This document shows, piece by piece, positions 11,892 through 25,028 of a DNA stretch of 50,299 nt (the first letter of the stretch is position 1; each line of letters starts with the position of its first letter). The notes beneath the pieces are model-generated. The model saw nothing but the letters and a program-made list of their open reading frames with translations, searched no databases and was not told where the DNA came from. Source of the stretch: Octopus sinensis (lineage: Eukaryota); the NCBI RefSeq assembly GCF_006345805.1, contig NW_021835207.1:1-50299 (forward strand). The letters are read 5' to 3'. The position numbers and the translations under genes were made by a program.

Positions 11892-11971
11892 TATATGTAT
11901 ATATATATTTATATATATATATGTATGTATATATATAGATATATATATATATATATATTATAATATTTATG

Positions 11972-12009
<38 letters not shown>

Positions 12010-12413
12010 GCATATATATATATATCCATATTATATACATATATATATACATATATATTTATATACTATATACATATATGTATATGCGGATTATATATAA
12101 AATATAACGAATATATTTGTTTATATATCAACATATATATATATATATATATTTTTGTATATGTGTATAGAGATGTAGGCATACATATCTGTATAAATGC
12201 TTGCGCAAATCTATGTATGTGCGCGTATGTGTATATAATATATATATATGTGTGTGTATGTATGTGTGGTGTGTGTGTGTGCATATATAAACTTACATAT
12301 ATGTATACATTTCTGTAGATACACACCTACACAGATATTTGAGCATGTGCACTGTCATCGTTAACAGATTAGTAATTTATTTCAATTAAGTTTGAACCAG
12401 TAACTGTGGAATA

Positions 12414-12468
<55 letters not shown>

Positions 12469-12532
12469 TCACTCAGTTACAGAAATTTATACATATTTAT
12501 ATATGTGAGTTTTTAGTGCATGTCTATATATA

Positions 12533-12566
<34 letters not shown>

Positions 12567-12583
12567 CTATATATATATATTTA

Positions 12584-12617
<34 letters not shown>

Positions 12618-12647
12618 AGTATTTATATATATATGTATGCATATAAA

Positions 12648-12873
12648 TGAAGGCCGTCGTATGTGTCTGTGCTTGTCCCCCCAACATCGCATGATAACCG
12701 ATGATGGTGTGTTTACGTCACCGTAACTTAGCGGTTCGGCAAAAGAAACCGATAGAATAAGTACTAGGCTTACAAAGAGTAATCTCTGGGGGGGGGGATT
12801 TGCTCGACTAAAGGTGGTGCTCCAGCATGGCCGCAGTCAAATGACTGAAACAGGTAAAAGAGTATAAAAGAGT
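12648..12873 (+). mobile_element. SINE family A, 3' half
   Basis: GTAACTTAGCGGTTCGGCAAAAG...GGTGCTCCAGCATGGCCGCAGTCAAATGACTGAAACA with an (AAAGAGT) tail. Confidence 0.9.
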
Positions 12874-12957
12874 ATATATGTATATTATATATATGTGTGT
12901 GTGTGTGTGAGTGTGTTATAAATGATGTAAAATAGAATGAACGACATTATTTAAAAG

Positions 12958-13059
12958 CACTGCAAATGTTTCGGCACATTTTCACACCTGTAGAACATCG
13001 GTGAGATGCTGTGTAAGCATAATCCTCTATTCCAGGTGTAAAATACACCTCCTCAGGTG
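12958..13059 (-). ncRNA. Type I hammerhead-like motif with long stem II, cleavage triplet mutated
   Basis: Minus strand: CAC-CTGAGGA-GGTGTATTTTACACCTG...CAGGTGTGAAAATGTGCC-GAAAC-ATTT-GC-A-GTG; about 17-bp stem II; position 16.1 is C rather than U. Confidence 0.6.
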
Positions 13060-13109
13060 TTTGCTTAAAGAAGTCCTAAAATCATATTGTCATTTCATTC
13101 AGTGTGACA

Positions 13110-13536
13110 ATGTATGTATGTATGTATGTATGTATGTATGTTTGTATGTATGTGTGTATGTATGTATGTATGTATGAATGCATGTATGTATGTATGTATG
13201 TATGAATGCATGTATGTATGTATGTATGTATGTATGTATGTATGTTATGTATGTATGTATGTGTGTATGTATGTATGTATGTGTATGTACGTATGTATGT
13301 ATGGTATGTATGTGTGTATGGTATGGTATGTATTATGAGTATGTATGTATGTAGGATATGTATGTATGCATGCAAGCATGCAGGTATGTATGTATGTATG
13401 TATGTATGTATGTATGTATGTATATGTATGTATGAATGCAGCATTGATGTATGTGTATGTATATATGTATGTATGTACGTACGTCTTGTATGTATGTATG
13501 TATGGATGTATGCATGTATGTATGTATGTATGTATG
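13110..13536. repeat. (TATG)n microsatellite array
   Basis: About 430 bp of imperfect TATG repeats, directly downstream of the minus-strand LINE 3' end. Confidence 0.95.
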
Positions 13537-13818
13537 TTAATCGATGATGGCTATGTGCAGATTTGTATACTTTGCTTTATGTATGTATTCTCATGCATAT
13601 AGTTGCATGTCTAGGTATGCTAATATATATTTAAATGCTAAACTTCTGGAAAGTTTTACAGACTTTTACAGTTTCAGTGATGGCTTGCATCTGTAGTCTT
13701 CGAATAAGCTCTCTCGTTTGTTGTTTTGAAAAGCCTAATTTCTCAAGATTGGTATTTAGGTAGTGTGTTACATATCTCCAAGGGCCCCAATAAGCAAATG
13801 TATAAACCCGAACTTGTA
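13537..13818 (-). mobile_element. 3' end of an R4/Dong-like (RLE) LINE with short 3' UTR
   Basis: Minus 13818-13631 with one frameshift: YKFGFIHLLIGALG/YVTHYLNTNLEKLGFSKQQTRELIRRLQMQAITETVKVCKTFQKFSI*, the typical PII.GALG.V...L..LG C-terminus; runs into (TACA)n. Confidence 0.8.
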
Positions 13819-13897
13819 AAAATTAATTTAATATGTTGTTATAAAAATCTTACTTACAAGCTTTTTTTTGAAAATTGAATTAGAAAAATATATATGT

Positions 13898-14055
13898 AGA
13901 GTGGCTGTGTGTGTGGTAAGTAGCTTGCTTACCAACAACATGGTTGCCGGTTCATTCCCACTGCGTGGCACCTTGGGCAAGTGTCTTCTGCTATAGCCTC
14001 GGGCCGGCCAAAGCCTTGTGAGTGGATTTGGTAGACGGAAAGTGAAAGAAACCTG

Positions 14056-14139
<84 letters not shown>

Positions 14140-14374
14140 ATGTCTGTGTGTGTGTGTGTGTGTTTATGTGTCTGTGTTTGTCCCTCCAACATCGCTTGAC
14201 AAACGATGGTGGTCTATTCACGTCCCCGTAACTTAGTGGTTCTGCAAAAGTGACCGATAGAACAAGTACTAGGCTTCCAAAGAATAAGTCCTGGGGTCGA
14301 TTTGTTCGACTAAAAAGGCGGTGCTCCAGTGTGGCCGCAGTCAAATGACTGAAACAAGTAAAAGAGCAAAAGAG
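13898..14374 (+). mobile_element. SINE family A, near full length
   Basis: Head, internal (TA)n(TG)n and 3' tail all present. Confidence 0.92.
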
Positions 14375-14392
14375 TAATTCTAAGTTTTGATT

Positions 14393-14480
14393 CGAAGCCA
14401 GACCTTGTTTCCGATCAACAAACTATTACTGTACGTTCGAGTGAAGACATTACTATAACTAATCTCGTCAGGTGTCCCGA
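14393..14480 (-). ncRNA. Degenerate hammerhead-like motif
   Basis: Minus strand: CTGACGA-GATTAG...TTGATC-G-GAAAC-AAG-GT-C; core order and stem II present, stem I poor. Confidence 0.4.
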
Positions 14481-14664
14481 GGTGAATAATAATTGACTAG
14501 ATCTCCTGATAGAGGTCAAAACCGTGGAGATTGAGAGATAGATAAGAGAACAGAGAACTGTTCTGTCTCGCCACCCGGTCGGTTAAGATTTTCTTTTTCC
14601 TTGTGCCAGCCTACAACTCTGTCTGATAGGCGAAAGACCCTGTTCTTTTTTTTGTTTTGTAATT

Positions 14665-15067
14665 CTCTTTTACTCTTTTACTCTTTTACTTGTTTCAGTC
14701 ATTTGACTGCGGCCATGCTGGAGCACCGCCTTTAATCGAGCAACTCGACCCCAGGACTTATTCTTTTGTAAGCCCAGTACTTATTCTATCGGTCTCTTTT
14801 GCCGAACCTCTAAGTAACGGGGACATAAACACACCAGCATCGGTTGTCAAGCAATGCTAGGGGGACAAACACAGACACACAAACACATACATATATATAT
14901 ATATACATATGTACGACAGGCTTCTTTCAGTTTCCGTCTACCAAATCCACTCACAAGGCATTGGTCGACCCGGGGCTATAGCAGAAGACGCTTGCCCAAG
15001 ATGCCACGCAGTGGGACTGAACACGGAACCATGTGGTTGGTAAGCAAGCTACTTACCACACAGCCAC
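14665..15067 (-). mobile_element. SINE family A, near full length
   Basis: Reverse complement of 13898-14374 and 33723-34164. Confidence 0.92.
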
Positions 15068-15253
15068 TTTTATTTCTTATGTTACGTTCGTCCGATATTC
15101 AAAAGACCTTTTCCGTTTGTTATTTCCTCGTGTTTGTATATGTCCAGCAATGGATGGATTTTAGCAATCAGATTTGTCAGCATGAAGAGTCTGCCGCACC
15201 AACAAACGACCGAATATGCTGCGTAAATATTTTACTCTGGCAGAGGACATTTA

Positions 15254-15570
15254 CAAATTGGTATCAGAACGTTCTCGGACTAGTTCTGTAAGCGCGCCAA
15301 CAGATGGTAGCACATAGTTGCGTGCCCAGTGAGAACTCGTAGTGACCTTCAAGAAGCAGTGTGCCGTATGACATCGCTGTGTTTACTTCGCAAGTCGTGG
15401 AATTTGAGTTTTTGTGATCACGTGTATGCTTTAGTCTGCGAGATTGTCATGGACATCGAGTCGGAATCTGTCAAGATCTTCGTCGGCGTGCTGCTGATGA
15501 CTTATCTTTCATGTGAAGGATCATCACCAGCGATGAGAGTTGGGTCTACGGGTACGACTCTGAGACAAAG
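15254..15570 (+). mobile_element. Internally deleted mariner remnant
   Basis: TA then TIR-like CAAATTGGTATCAGAACGTTCTCGGACTAG; 15454-15570 translates HRVGICQDLRRRAADDLSFM*RIITSDESWVYGYDSETK, matching the mariner ITGDE.WVY.YDPE motif around the first catalytic Asp. Confidence 0.8.
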
Positions 15571-15638
15571 TAGTAGTAGTCACGAAGGAAGTGGCATCAG
15601 TCATGTGACTGAAACACATAAAATAATAAAAGAATAGA

Positions 15639-15675
<37 letters not shown>

Positions 15676-16362
15676 TGTTCGTGTGTGTTCGTGTGTTCAC
15701 ACGCGCGTGTGCACGCAAACACACAAACACATATATTGTTTTAAACAGTTTGATTGTGTTCTGTGAAACTTAAAGTTTCTTCGACAAATTCCTTGACTGA
15801 AGTGAGTAAAAAATAATGGATATCTCCTTTACATTCTTCTCTTCTCTCTGAAGAATTCCACTAAAAAAAAAAGCCATTCTACCCATACTTTTCTACCTGT
15901 ACCGACCTGTCTGTAGGTAGGTAGGTAGGTATATGGATATATATCTATCTACACATTCACACTCGAACACACATACACACACACACATATATATATATAC
16001 ATTTGTGCACGTGTACACATGTATAAATATGCATATAATTACATATAAGTATTCAGGAATATACGAATATATGAAAATATACGTTGAACGTCTGTGTGTA
16101 TATATATATGTATATATATTTATCTCTGTCTCCCTCCCTCTCTCTCTCTTTCTATATACATATATATATATATACGTATATATATATATATGTATATATG
16201 TATATATATATATATATATACGCATGCGTACCGACCGCCTTTATTAACTCATATTTGTTCCTCTGCCAGAATCTTTGACTTTTTTGTTAATAAAGTAAGT
16301 CAGAGGGTTTACATATCGAAGCTGCCATTTTCTGTTCGCCGTTGCCAATAAAATCATGTGTG

Positions 16363-16381
16363 ATTATTATTATTATTATTG

Positions 16382-16437
<56 letters not shown>

Positions 16438-16445
16438 GTTATTAA

Positions 16446-16482
<37 letters not shown>

Positions 16483-16600
16483 GTTATTATTATTATTATT
16501 AATATTGTTATTATTATTATTATCATTATTATTATTATCATTATTATTATTATTATTATTATTATTGTTATTATTATTATTATTATCATTATTATTATTA

Positions 16601-16635
<35 letters not shown>

Positions 16636-16690
16636 GTTATCATTATATTATTATTATTATCATTATTATTATTATTATCATTATTATGGT
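16363..16690. repeat. (ATT)n microsatellite
   Basis: About 110 triplets with GTT/ATC interruptions; source of the poly-I and poly-L ORFs. Confidence 0.97.
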
Positions 16691-16995
16691 TATTTTTTTT
16701 AAGAACTACAGAAACAAAGTTTGACTTTTCTTTTCGTTTCTTGTACAATACTTCTTCTTTGATCACGCGTTTATGTTGGGTGAAAGGTAAAAGTTGCAAA
16801 GGGTTTTAATAAAAATATGAAATAAATGAAAAATATATATACGAAAGTATACATATGTATACACATTTATATAAATATATATATATATATATATATAGGT
16901 TTCTGTGCGTCTTTATTTAATATATATATTTATATATATTGATTATTTATGCATATATTTATGTATATATATATACGTATATGTAGATACACATG

Positions 16996-17036
<41 letters not shown>

Positions 17037-17220
17037 TTGAAATATATATCATATAACACACACCAAACATATATATATGTATACACGTGCACATGTACAT
17101 ACGCATGTACACACCCTCCCACGCACGCACACGCGCATAATTATATACAGAGAAATATGTATATATATCATATACATACGTATTTATGTGCATATGAACA
17201 CAAAGATATGCATATATACT

Positions 17221-17252
<32 letters not shown>

Positions 17253-17617
17253 TCATATTATAATATAATATATCTATATATATATATATAAGTACATACA
17301 CCCAGCACACACACATATAAATACATACATACATACACGCATACATACATACATACATACATATATACATACATACATACCCTTATGGGAAAGATTTATT
17401 TTTCACTGTAACCTTTTGTGTCATATTCCCTACAATAAATTGATGAAATTCTTTCATTTTAGGTTTTTCATTTTCCTTCATTCTTTCTAAACACATACTT
17501 CCTTCGTTCTCCCTCTTCCTCCTTTTCTTGTCTTCCTCTCTCTCTGACGCTTTCTTTGTTTCACTTTTATTTCCTTCGTTCACCCTTTGTTCCTTTCTGT
17601 CTCTGTCTCTGTCTCTC

Positions 17618-17652
<35 letters not shown>

Positions 17653-17808
17653 TCTCTCTGTGTTTCTCTGTCTTCACTTAACTTTAGAAGGTTCCTTTTG
17701 ATGTGTGATGTCTAAGAAAGACTTGTTGGTGTTTATATGATTTAGTAAAGAAAGTAAAGAAGAAAAACAACAAATAACAATACAAATACTAAATTCAATA
17801 CAAAAACA

Positions 17809-17850
<42 letters not shown>

Positions 17851-18333
17851 AGCAACAACACCTTGACTCAATGCAGGTAGAACTTTTGAGACGAAATAGC
17901 TTTGTAGATGAAACAATAAACAATAAGCAATAAACACATCGCCACACGCAAACATGCACACACACACACACATATGCGCGCACACTCACACACACACATA
18001 CGCACACACGCACGCTTGCGCAAACACGCACGCACTCATTCTCACACACACGCGCTGATAGAACAGTTATGCGTGCAGATATATATTTGTATGTGGTTAT
18101 GCGTATGTATACGAATATGTGTGTTTGTGTGTGTTCGTGTGTGTGTGTGTGTGTGTGTGCAAAAATATGTATGTATATACATATATGGATGTATTAATAT
18201 TTATACGCACACGCCCATATACGCATAGATATATTCACACATACGCACACACACAGAGACACACACCAAACACACACACACATATATATTTACATTTAAT
18301 TACATATAGATATATATGTCTATATATATTGAC

Positions 18334-18383
<50 letters not shown>

Positions 18384-18532
18384 CATATATATATATGTAT
18401 ACACATACATACACACACACATATTCTATATATAATACATATATAGATACATATATATATAAATATATATGTTATATATATGTGTAAGTGTGTTTACGTG
18501 TATATATATGTATATATATATATATATGTATG

Positions 18533-18611
<79 letters not shown>

Positions 18612-18852
18612 TATATATATATATACTTATCTATGTACTGATTGTATTGATTATAACATACATTTGCGTAGCCTACATAGGTAGGGGTATATATGTGTTT
18701 GTGTTTCTGTATAGAAACAACACATAATATAAAATGAAACGAATCTGGTACAAAATTATTGAAAAATAAACTTATGAATCTTTTTTTTTTGTACCTTTCT
18801 TGCTTTCTGTTCTGTTATTTGGGTTCAATAAACTCCAGCAAACCACTGTTCT

Positions 18853-18893
<41 letters not shown>

Positions 18894-18919
18894 ACGCATA
18901 TATGTATGTATGCATGTAC

Positions 18920-18968
<49 letters not shown>

Positions 18969-18979
18969 TTATCTATCAA

Positions 18980-19200
18980 TTCTTTTATTCTTTTATTCTT
19001 GCACTTGATTCCGTCACTTGACTGCGGCAATGCTGGAGCACCGCCTTTAGTCAAATCAAATCGACCCCAGGACTTATTCTTTGTAAGCTTTGTACTTATT
19101 CTATCGGTCTCTTCTGCCGAACCGCTAATTTGCGGGGACATAAACACACCAGCATTGGTTGTCAAACGATGTTGGGGGAGGGGGGCAAACACAGACACAT
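18980..19200 (-). mobile_element. SINE family A, 3' half
   Basis: GCTGGAGCACCGCCTTTAGTC...GCCGAACCGCTAA...GGGGCAAACACAGACAC on the plus strand. Confidence 0.85.
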
Positions 19201-19365
19201 AAACATATATACACACATACACACATACATATATATATGTATATACATACATATATATATATGCATATATATATATGTATATATATAAAACACGTGATCA
19301 ACCAGACTATTGGATGTTGGTACGCACATACACACACCACACACACCCCACACACACACACACAC

Positions 19366-19422
<57 letters not shown>

Positions 19423-19504
19423 TACATATATTTATATAAAACACATGATCAGCGAATATCAAATGCTGTTATACATCACTGTCACAATGCGCTTGTATCC
19501 AATT

Positions 19505-19730
19505 TAGCTTCGAATGATGTCATCTCGCCGGCTACGCGAGTAGGCCAACCCTCCGATTTGAAGGCAATTACTTCGCAAGGGTGCCCATTTTACAGCTTAG
19601 TGGACTGGACCACCGTTAAATGAAATGTTATGTTTTGCTCAAGAACTCAACCCGCGGGACTGTCTACGAATCGAACCCACGGTCCAGCGATCTTGAATGC
19701 GACAGCCTAACCACTAGGCCACGACCCTTC
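19505..19730 (-). mobile_element. Older tRNA-headed SINE, related to the 8170-8623 host
   Basis: CAGCTTAGTGGACTGG...TTGCTCAAGAAC...ATCGAACCCAC...CTAACCACTAGGCCAC (B- and A-box complements). Confidence 0.7.
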
Positions 19731-19804
19731 GCACACACACACCCACCACACAAACACACACATGCGCGCATCCACTCACGTATGAGTGTGTGTATAGTTT
19801 TTTT

Positions 19805-20215
19805 ATTCTTTTATTCATTTACTTGTTTCAGTCATTGGACTGCGCCCGTGCTGGAGCATCGCCTTTACTCGAGCAAGTCGACCCCAGGACTTCCTCTTTG
19901 TAAGCCTGGTACTATCCGTCTATTATGCCGAACCTCTAAGTTACGTGGACGTAAACACACCAGCATCAGTTGTTAAGTGATGTTGGGAGGGTCAAGCACA
20001 GACACACTAACACACATACACACACACACACACACACACATTAATATACATATTCGACGGACTTCTTTCAGTTTCCGTCTACCAGATCCTCTCACAATGC
20101 TTTGGTCGGCCCGATGCTATAGTAGAAGACACTTGCCCAAGGTGCCACGCAGTGGGACTGAACCCGGGACCATGTGGCTCGTAAGTAGGCTATTTACCAC
20201 ACAACCCCCTCCTGT
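19805..20215 (-). mobile_element. SINE family A, near full length
   Basis: Tail, internal (CA)n and head all present. Confidence 0.9.
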
Positions 20216-20764
20216 ATGATATAATTCTTCTAGATGTTTGGTATAAAGATGGACATACCGTGTTTCAATCTAGAGATTACCTACATCATAAGTGAATCAG
20301 CTTGAATATAGTGGAGTAAATATACACATCGTCGATTACATTAAAACCTACGAAACGACAGTGTCGATAACCATTACAGTGAATTCCTGCTGATTTATCC
20401 TCCATTAGCTGTGACTGATTATAGTAACCAACGCAGCAGATAACAATTTATCTGTCATATAAATTCTAGAACGGTGCAGTTCTAACCAAGTAATTATTCA
20501 CGAACCCATCTTCAACAGATAATTACGGTTTTGTAATTAAACAAATTATTATGATTGCTATATTTATTATACGGCGAAACACACTGCTGCTTGATCGATT
20601 GGTTAGGAGAGAAAGCTGTCTTCCTCTGTCTGGTGAGTTTCGAAACACTTAGCGCACCTTTAGAATAAATTTAGTGTAATATAACGTCAACAACATTATC
20701 ACCACCACCACCACAACCTCAGACACCAACACCACTAACTACAACAACAACAATCGTAGCAAGT

Positions 20765-21740
20765 GATTCTAATGTTGGCATAAGACCAGCGACTGGGAGG
20801 ACGGGAGATCAGTTTTTACCATTATCCAAGTTATAGACTGTTATTCATTTCATCGGGCTTGAAAGGATGAAGGCAAATTTTATCTTCGAGTGATTTGAAG
20901 ATAGACCGTTAAAAGTAGAAAGAAGCATCGCGAAGTTATATCTCCGATGCTCTAACGATTATACCACCTCGTCACCTTTCTACTATAGGTTTGAAATTTT
21001 GGCGGAAGGAGCTAGTTGATTACATATATTAATATACATATATGACGGATTTCTTTTAGTTTCCATCTACCAAATCCGCTCACAAGGCTTTGGTCGGCCC
21101 GAAGCTATAGTAGAAGACACTTGCCCAAAGTGCCACACAGTGGGACTGAACCCGGGACTATGTGGTTGGTAAGTAGGCTACTTCTTGACTGGGTACTTAC
21201 TTTCTTGTCTCAGAGAAATTTGAAACTCAGAGAAATTTGAACACAGAACGTGAAGACGGACGAAATGCCGTGAAGCACTGTGTATGGCGTGTTAACGATT
21301 CTTATTTCATTATTGCCCACAAGGGGCTAAACATAGAGGGGACAAACAAGGACAGACAAAGGGATTAAGTCGATTACATCGACCCCAGTGCGTTACTGGT
21401 ACTTTATTTATCGACCCCGAAAGGATAGAAGGCAAAAGTCAACCTCGGCGGAATTTGAACTCAGAACGTTGCGGCAGACGAAATACCGCTAAGCATTTTC
21501 GCCCGGGGTGTTAACGATTCTCTCAGCTCGCTGCCTTAATGATAATAATAATTCTTTCAACTATAAGCACAAGGTCTGAAATTTAGAGGAGGGGTATAGT
21601 CGATTACATCGACCCCACTACTCATCTGGGACTTATTTTATCGACCCAGAAAGGATGAAAGGCAAAGCTGACCTCGGTGGAATTTGAAATGCCGTTAAGT
21701 ATTTTGTATGGCGGACTATTGATTCTGCATGCTCAGCACC

Positions 21741-21775
<35 letters not shown>

Positions 21776-22100
21776 CCTTTCTAATATAGTCATAAAACCT
21801 GTAGTTTTTGGAGAGGGAGATAGTCGACCACATTCGACCACCACACTTGACTGGTATTTAATTTATCGCCCCGAACGGATGGAAGTTCGCCACTTTAATG
21901 ATAGCAATAACGGTAATTTGTTTTTCTAAGTTTGGCACAGGGAAAACTGTTTCAAATTAAACTGACCCAGGTGCTGAGCTGGTCTGGGCAAGTCACCCGA
22001 CTGGTTGATGATGGCGAAGGATCAAAGACAATGCTGACCTCGGCGATATTTGAGGTCAGAACACAAAAATCAAAGAAATGTTGCTAAGCATTTCGTCCGA
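20765..22100 (-). mobile_element. Nest of family B SINEs (about 5-6 copies) with a family A head at 21043-21183
   Basis: Repeated GTCGATTACATCGACCCC and ACCTCGGCGGAATTTGAA cores of varying divergence, interleaved with (AAT)n. Confidence 0.85.
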
Positions 22101-22479
22101 TACACTAATATAATACATACTATATAGAAAATCCTTTGAGGGAGGTACATAAGATTAAATCTGCTCTTGATCTTGATTCAAACGTTCATCATGTACACCG
22201 GTGGGGTTAAATCAAAAGAGGTTTTTCCATGAAGAATGTACGGGTTTATACAAAAAGTACGGACTTATAAGTAAATGCAGTAAGGTGTTTAGTCGAAAGT
22301 TATACAAGTGTTATGAATTCTACCGCCACCCCCATCAACACCAAAAGAAAGGGAGGAAGGAAGATAGATAAATAGACAGATAGATAGATAGATAAGATAA
22401 AGTGGGGGGGGGATAAAGAAAGAGAGAGATAAAGGGCGAGGGATAGACAACCAGAACCAACGAGAGATAGACAGACATA

Positions 22480-22487
22480 CAGACAGT

Positions 22488-22557
<70 letters not shown>

Positions 22558-22566
22558 TATAGATAG

Positions 22567-22653
<87 letters not shown>

Positions 22654-22700
22654 GACAGACAGTCCGACAAACAGATAGATATAGATAGATAAATAGATAG
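22480..22700. repeat. (GATA)n/(GA)n microsatellite
   Basis: Direct reading. Confidence 0.95.
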
Positions 22701-22959
22701 GTAGGCAGCTAGGTAGGCAAGAAGACAAAGAGTACCAGAGGAGGAGGAAGAAGTGGGAGCGACGGAGGCAGAGAGAGAAATAAATAGTTTGTATGCGCGT
22801 GTGTATGTAAGTGTAAAGAAATGAATGGGTGTCTAGGTACCAGTATGTATTCGCGTATTATTCCGGCGCGCAATTTTGCGTGTCTTTTTCGTATAATACC
22901 TACGTCAACCTCATCGCACCAGTTTCATCCCGTGGCACGTGTTAGCATCTTATTCAACC

Positions 22960-23105
22960 GAATTCATGAGAAAGAATGGCTGATTAATACTACCACGATG
23001 GGTTCATTAATCTTTACTCCTCTGACCCTTCACGTAGTCTACACGGTACTCGAAGCCAAGGTCATGTGTCGGACAGTTGCTAGTAGGGACGATTTCACAA
23101 AAAAT
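22960..23105 (+). mobile_element. Possible old Tc1/mariner-superfamily transposase fragment
   Basis: ORF 22821-23135 contains KEWLIN...TPLTLHVVYTVLEAKV...SRDDFTK, weakly like QEWL...SPDLNPLD..VW..LEAKV...S.DDLK. Confidence 0.3.
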
Positions 23106-24029
23106 GTTCTGGGTCATAATAATATGATGAGGTGACAGTATTAGACACACTTCCCTTCTTGATTAGAATTTTTCTTGGGGGATGAAAATGATGAGGGATT
23201 GTCGACGTTATGCGAGGCTAACCATACGCTTTTTTTTTTTACTTGGGTATAGAAATATCGATTGTATGGACCAATTTAGTTCCGCCTTTTCCTTCTTCTT
23301 TCGCAAATGAATTCGAAAAGTGAAGTCGTGTGTGTTGCAGTTTCGCATGAAAAACTAAATTAGTTTACAATGTTACGTATTTAAGTACAGGCGAGGCAGT
23401 GTGATAAGATGCTAGCTTCCCAACCTCATACTACGCGGTTCAGTCCCACTCGGGTCTTGGACCAGCCAAAGCTTGGTAAGTAGACTTAGTAAACGGAAAC
23501 TGGAAGAAGCCCGTCGTATATATTTGATAAAGAAACATATCTGTCTGTCTGTCTGTCTGTCTGTCTGTTTCTCTGTATGTCTGTCTGTTTCTCTGTCTGT
23601 CTATCTGTCTGTCTGTCCATCTTTTGGTGTGTGTATGCATGTGTGTGTGTGTCTGCGCGCGCGCGTGTATGCGTGCGTGTGTTTTCACATGCATCCATGT
23701 GTGCGCGCGCATGAGTGTCGGGAAAGAAAATGGAAGTGTAACTTATGTCACCACATGATCGATAACATTGATTTCCCGAGTCAACTGAGAAGTCTCAGCA
23801 CGCTCGCGCGCACAGACACACACACACACACACACACAAGTCATACACTTGTACAGACATACTAATTGGACGTTACACAAACACTGCTGTTACAATTTAT
23901 ATTATGTGTAACATTAACAATAATAAAAATAATATTAAAAATAATGATAATTTATACTCGTCACACTTTCTGCAAAAGTTGTAACTTGTTCAATCTGCCT
24001 ATCGAGTTAGATTATTAGGGCAAATGAAC

Positions 24030-24110
<81 letters not shown>

Positions 24111-24189
24111 ACTTTCTCTATGTATACATGTGTGTGTATTCGGGTGTCTGTGCGTGTACATACATATATGCATGTGTGTGTGTGTTTGT

Positions 24190-24330
24190 AGTTGAAATTT
24201 ACAGAAAAACAAAAGACGAAGACAGGTGTATAAACCACAAGCAGATGTATTAGTTTGATGCTCAGGAAAGTGAGAATATCTTTTACGTTTCAAGCCCCTA
24301 CGCTCTTCAACAGAAAGGAACGAGAGAAAT
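24190..24330 (-). mobile_element. Short HHR-bearing repeat, same family as 42445-42602
   Basis: The minus strand aligns to 42445-42602 (CTAATACA.CTGCTTGT...CACCTGTC.TCGTCTTT.GTTTT.CTGTAAATTT); flanked by (TG)n and (AT)n. Confidence 0.8.
24280..24317 (-). ncRNA. Minimal type I hammerhead-like motif (A6U variant)
   Basis: Minus strand: CTTT-CTGTTGA-A-GAGC(gtaggg)GCTT-GAAAC-GT-A-AAAG. Confidence 0.6.
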
Positions 24331-24511
24331 ATATATATATATATATATACAATTTATAAGTAAGGGCAAAAGAAAAAATTTCTAATGTCAAAATATGCCG
24401 AAAAAAGACACAACGTCAATAACCATGTAATTTATCACTACAAGCACGTTTTTCGAAGAAAGCCGATAGAAATTTCAAAAAAAAAAGAGAAAAAAAAGCC
24501 CGTTATTACCA

Positions 24512-24565
24512 TATCGGACCCGATTTCAGAGTTAGTTCATAAGAACCTTCCCTTCATCAGTGATA
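24512..24565 (-). ncRNA. Type I hammerhead ribozyme
   Basis: Minus strand: TATCA-CTGATGA-AGGG-aa-GGTTC(ttat)GAACT-aa-CTCT-GAAAT-CGG-GT-C-CGATA; intact core, bipartite stem II, GUC cleavage triplet, one mismatch at the base of stem I. Confidence 0.8.
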
Positions 24566-25028
24566 AATGCGTCAAAGAAATAAGTGAAATACTTACTTAT
24601 ACCCATGTATGCATTTACACGTATATGTATATACGTATACACACACACTCACATCATACATTTATGAAATTCGAAACAGGTTAAGCTATAAATAATAGCG
24701 TGCAGCACAAAATTTTCACGCCATTATGTATAGCGCTATCTACTTCGAGTTTCAGCCGTCCAAAAGAGAAAAAAGAATTAATTCACATTCTTTCGGAGTT
24801 CATGAATTTTTATGCCGTCAGCATATGTGTGTGTGTCTGTGTATATTTGTGTTTGCGTCTGTGTGTCTCTGTGTTTATGTTACCACATACGTTATGCAGC
24901 AAAAAACACATTGTTTTTCATAAAACTACAAGGCCAAACTACACCTTGCTACGGGCAAGATCCAGCCCACGGGTCATATGTGCAATATCCTTGATGTATA
25001 CGACCATATTTATCTTTTTATATTTTTA

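Noticed and set aside
23133-23143. 11-nt match to the 5' end of miR-8/200 on the minus strand
   Set aside because: The rest of the mature sequence and a precursor hairpin are missing; likely a chance match.
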